Shown here: piece by piece, positions 62,640 through 64,000 of the stretch | Numbering within the stretch: position 1 is the first letter of the stretch | Layout: each line of letters starts with the position of its first letter | Source: the human T2T-CHM13v2.0 reference genome, Homo sapiens | NCBI RefSeq assembly: GCF_009914755.1 | Contig: NC_060928.1 | Reading direction: 5' to 3' (one strand) | Length of the DNA stretch: 64,000 bases | Translations under genes and position numbers: made by a program | The notes under the pieces: generated by a model | Told to the model about the DNA's origin: nothing | Seen by the model: the letters and a program-made list of their open reading frames with translations, nothing else | The model's database searches: none

Positions 62640-63312
62640 TGGGCGCACCTGCTAGAATGGCTACCACCAAAAGTGCGCACTAACAAGTGTTGGTGGGGAT
62701 GTGGGAAAATGGGAGCCTCAGGCATTGTTGGTGGGAATGTGACATGTGCTTCCTCCAGGAGTCAAACATCGAGTCACCATATGGCCCAGCCACTCCACTC
62801 CGAGACATACACTCAAGGAAACTCAGAGCACATGTCCACGCAAGAACCTGTACCCAAATGTTGGTGGCAGCATTATTCACAAGAGCCAAAACATAGACGC
62901 AGCCCAAACGTCCATGGTGAGGCAAGATGTGGTCTATCCAGACAGCGAACTATTATTCAGACGTGAAAAGGCATGAGGTGCGGACTCACACGAAACACGG
63001 AAGGGCCTTGAAACACGATGCCGAGTGAAAAAGCCCGTCACTCATGCCGTGTATTGAACGAACCATTCCCTTTTTGTGAAATGTCCAGAACGGGCAAATG
63101 CATAGAGACAGAAAGCAGATTAGTGAAGGGGACGGGGAGGACAGGGAGTGGAGTGCGGCTGTCTCAGCAGATGTGGGTTTCCTTTCAGGATGGAGAGAAC
63201 GTGCTGGAATTGGGTCCTGTGATGGTTGCACAATGTTGTGAGGATTAAAAACCACTGAACTGTACCTTTCAAAGGCCCATGTTATGGTGTGTGAATTGTA
63301 TCTAAAAAATAA
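62640..63312 (+). mobile_element. L1MB-type 3' fragment, unusually GC/CpG-rich
   Basis: aacaagtgttgg...gcagcattattcacaagagccaaaa...gatggttgcacaa...tgtgaattgtatct. Confidence 0.8.
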
Positions 63313-63363
63313 ATAGCCACCAAAGGGCCTTGAATGACACCACTGAACGGGGCGCAGTGTGCC

Positions 63364-63870
63364 CGTGCGTGTTGGTGCCTGGTGTGTATGAGATGGGGCG
63401 ACGCGTGGCCATGCATGTTGGCGCCTGGTGTGTATGGGGTGGGGGGACGCGTGGCCATGCGTGTTCGTGCCTGGTGTGTATGGGGTGGGGGACGCATGGC
63501 CATGCGTGTTGGCTCCTGGTATGTATGGGGATGGGGGGGACATGTGCCCATGCGTGTTGGTGCCTGATGTGTATGGGGTGGGGGACGCGTGGCCATGCGT
63601 GTTGGCGCCTGGTATGTATGGGGATGGGGGGGACATGTGCCCATGCGTGTTGGTGCCTGGTGTGTATGGGGTGGGGGACGCATGGCCATGCGTGTTGGCG
63701 CCTGGTATGTATGGGGATGGGGGGGACATGTGCCCATGCGTGTTGGTGCCTGATGTGTATGGGGTGGGGAGACGCGTGGCCATGCGTGTTGGCGCCTGGT
63801 GTGTACGGGGTGGGGGACGCGTGGCCGTGCGTGTTGGCGCCTGGTGTGCATGGGGTTGGGGACGCATGCA
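63364..63870. repeat. G-rich minisatellite (VNTR-like), about 11 units of 45-48 bp
   Basis: Units begin at 63364, 63410, 63456, 63501, 63549, 63594, 63642, 63687, 63735, 63781 and 63826. Confidence 0.97.
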
Positions 63871-64000
63871 GTAGAACCTGGGAGAGGAGTGTTGTACAGA
63901 TGCAGGTTCTGGGGACACGCTGACCCACAGGGACCTCTGCACTGAGACACTCTGATGTTCCATAAAGTGGATGAAGCAAAATCAAAGAAAAGCATATTGA

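Noticed and set aside
62986-63995. Long ORFs (148-325 aa) in several frames on both strands
   Set aside because: Artefact of the stop-poor 45/48-bp minisatellite plus L1 sequence; no recognisable domain.

Overview
Primate (human-like) non-genic DNA, dense in Alu, L1, L2, MIR, DNA-transposon and LTR remnants. I recognise no intact cellular protein-coding exon, rRNA, tRNA or CRISPR array. The main feature is a 4.05-kb non-autonomous HERV-K14 (HML-1)-type provirus on the minus strand (20625-24674). It has two LTRs, a CCTACC target-site duplication (TSD), a Lys primer-binding site (PBS) and a polypurine tract (PPT). In place of protease and reverse transcriptase (RT) it carries a captured, spliced fragment of the TRPC6 ion-channel mRNA (S5, pore, S6, TRP box). 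About 1.6 kb upstream on the same strand lies a 5'-truncated, RT-deleted HERV9/LTR12 provirus (26280-32030), whose CCAAT-rich LTR points at the TRPC6-carrying element. Also present are several solo LTRs with TSDs, a closely spaced inverted Alu pair, and two minisatellites, one with a 45/48-bp higher-order structure. Repeat subfamily names come from recalled consensus sequences and need RepeatMasker confirmation.
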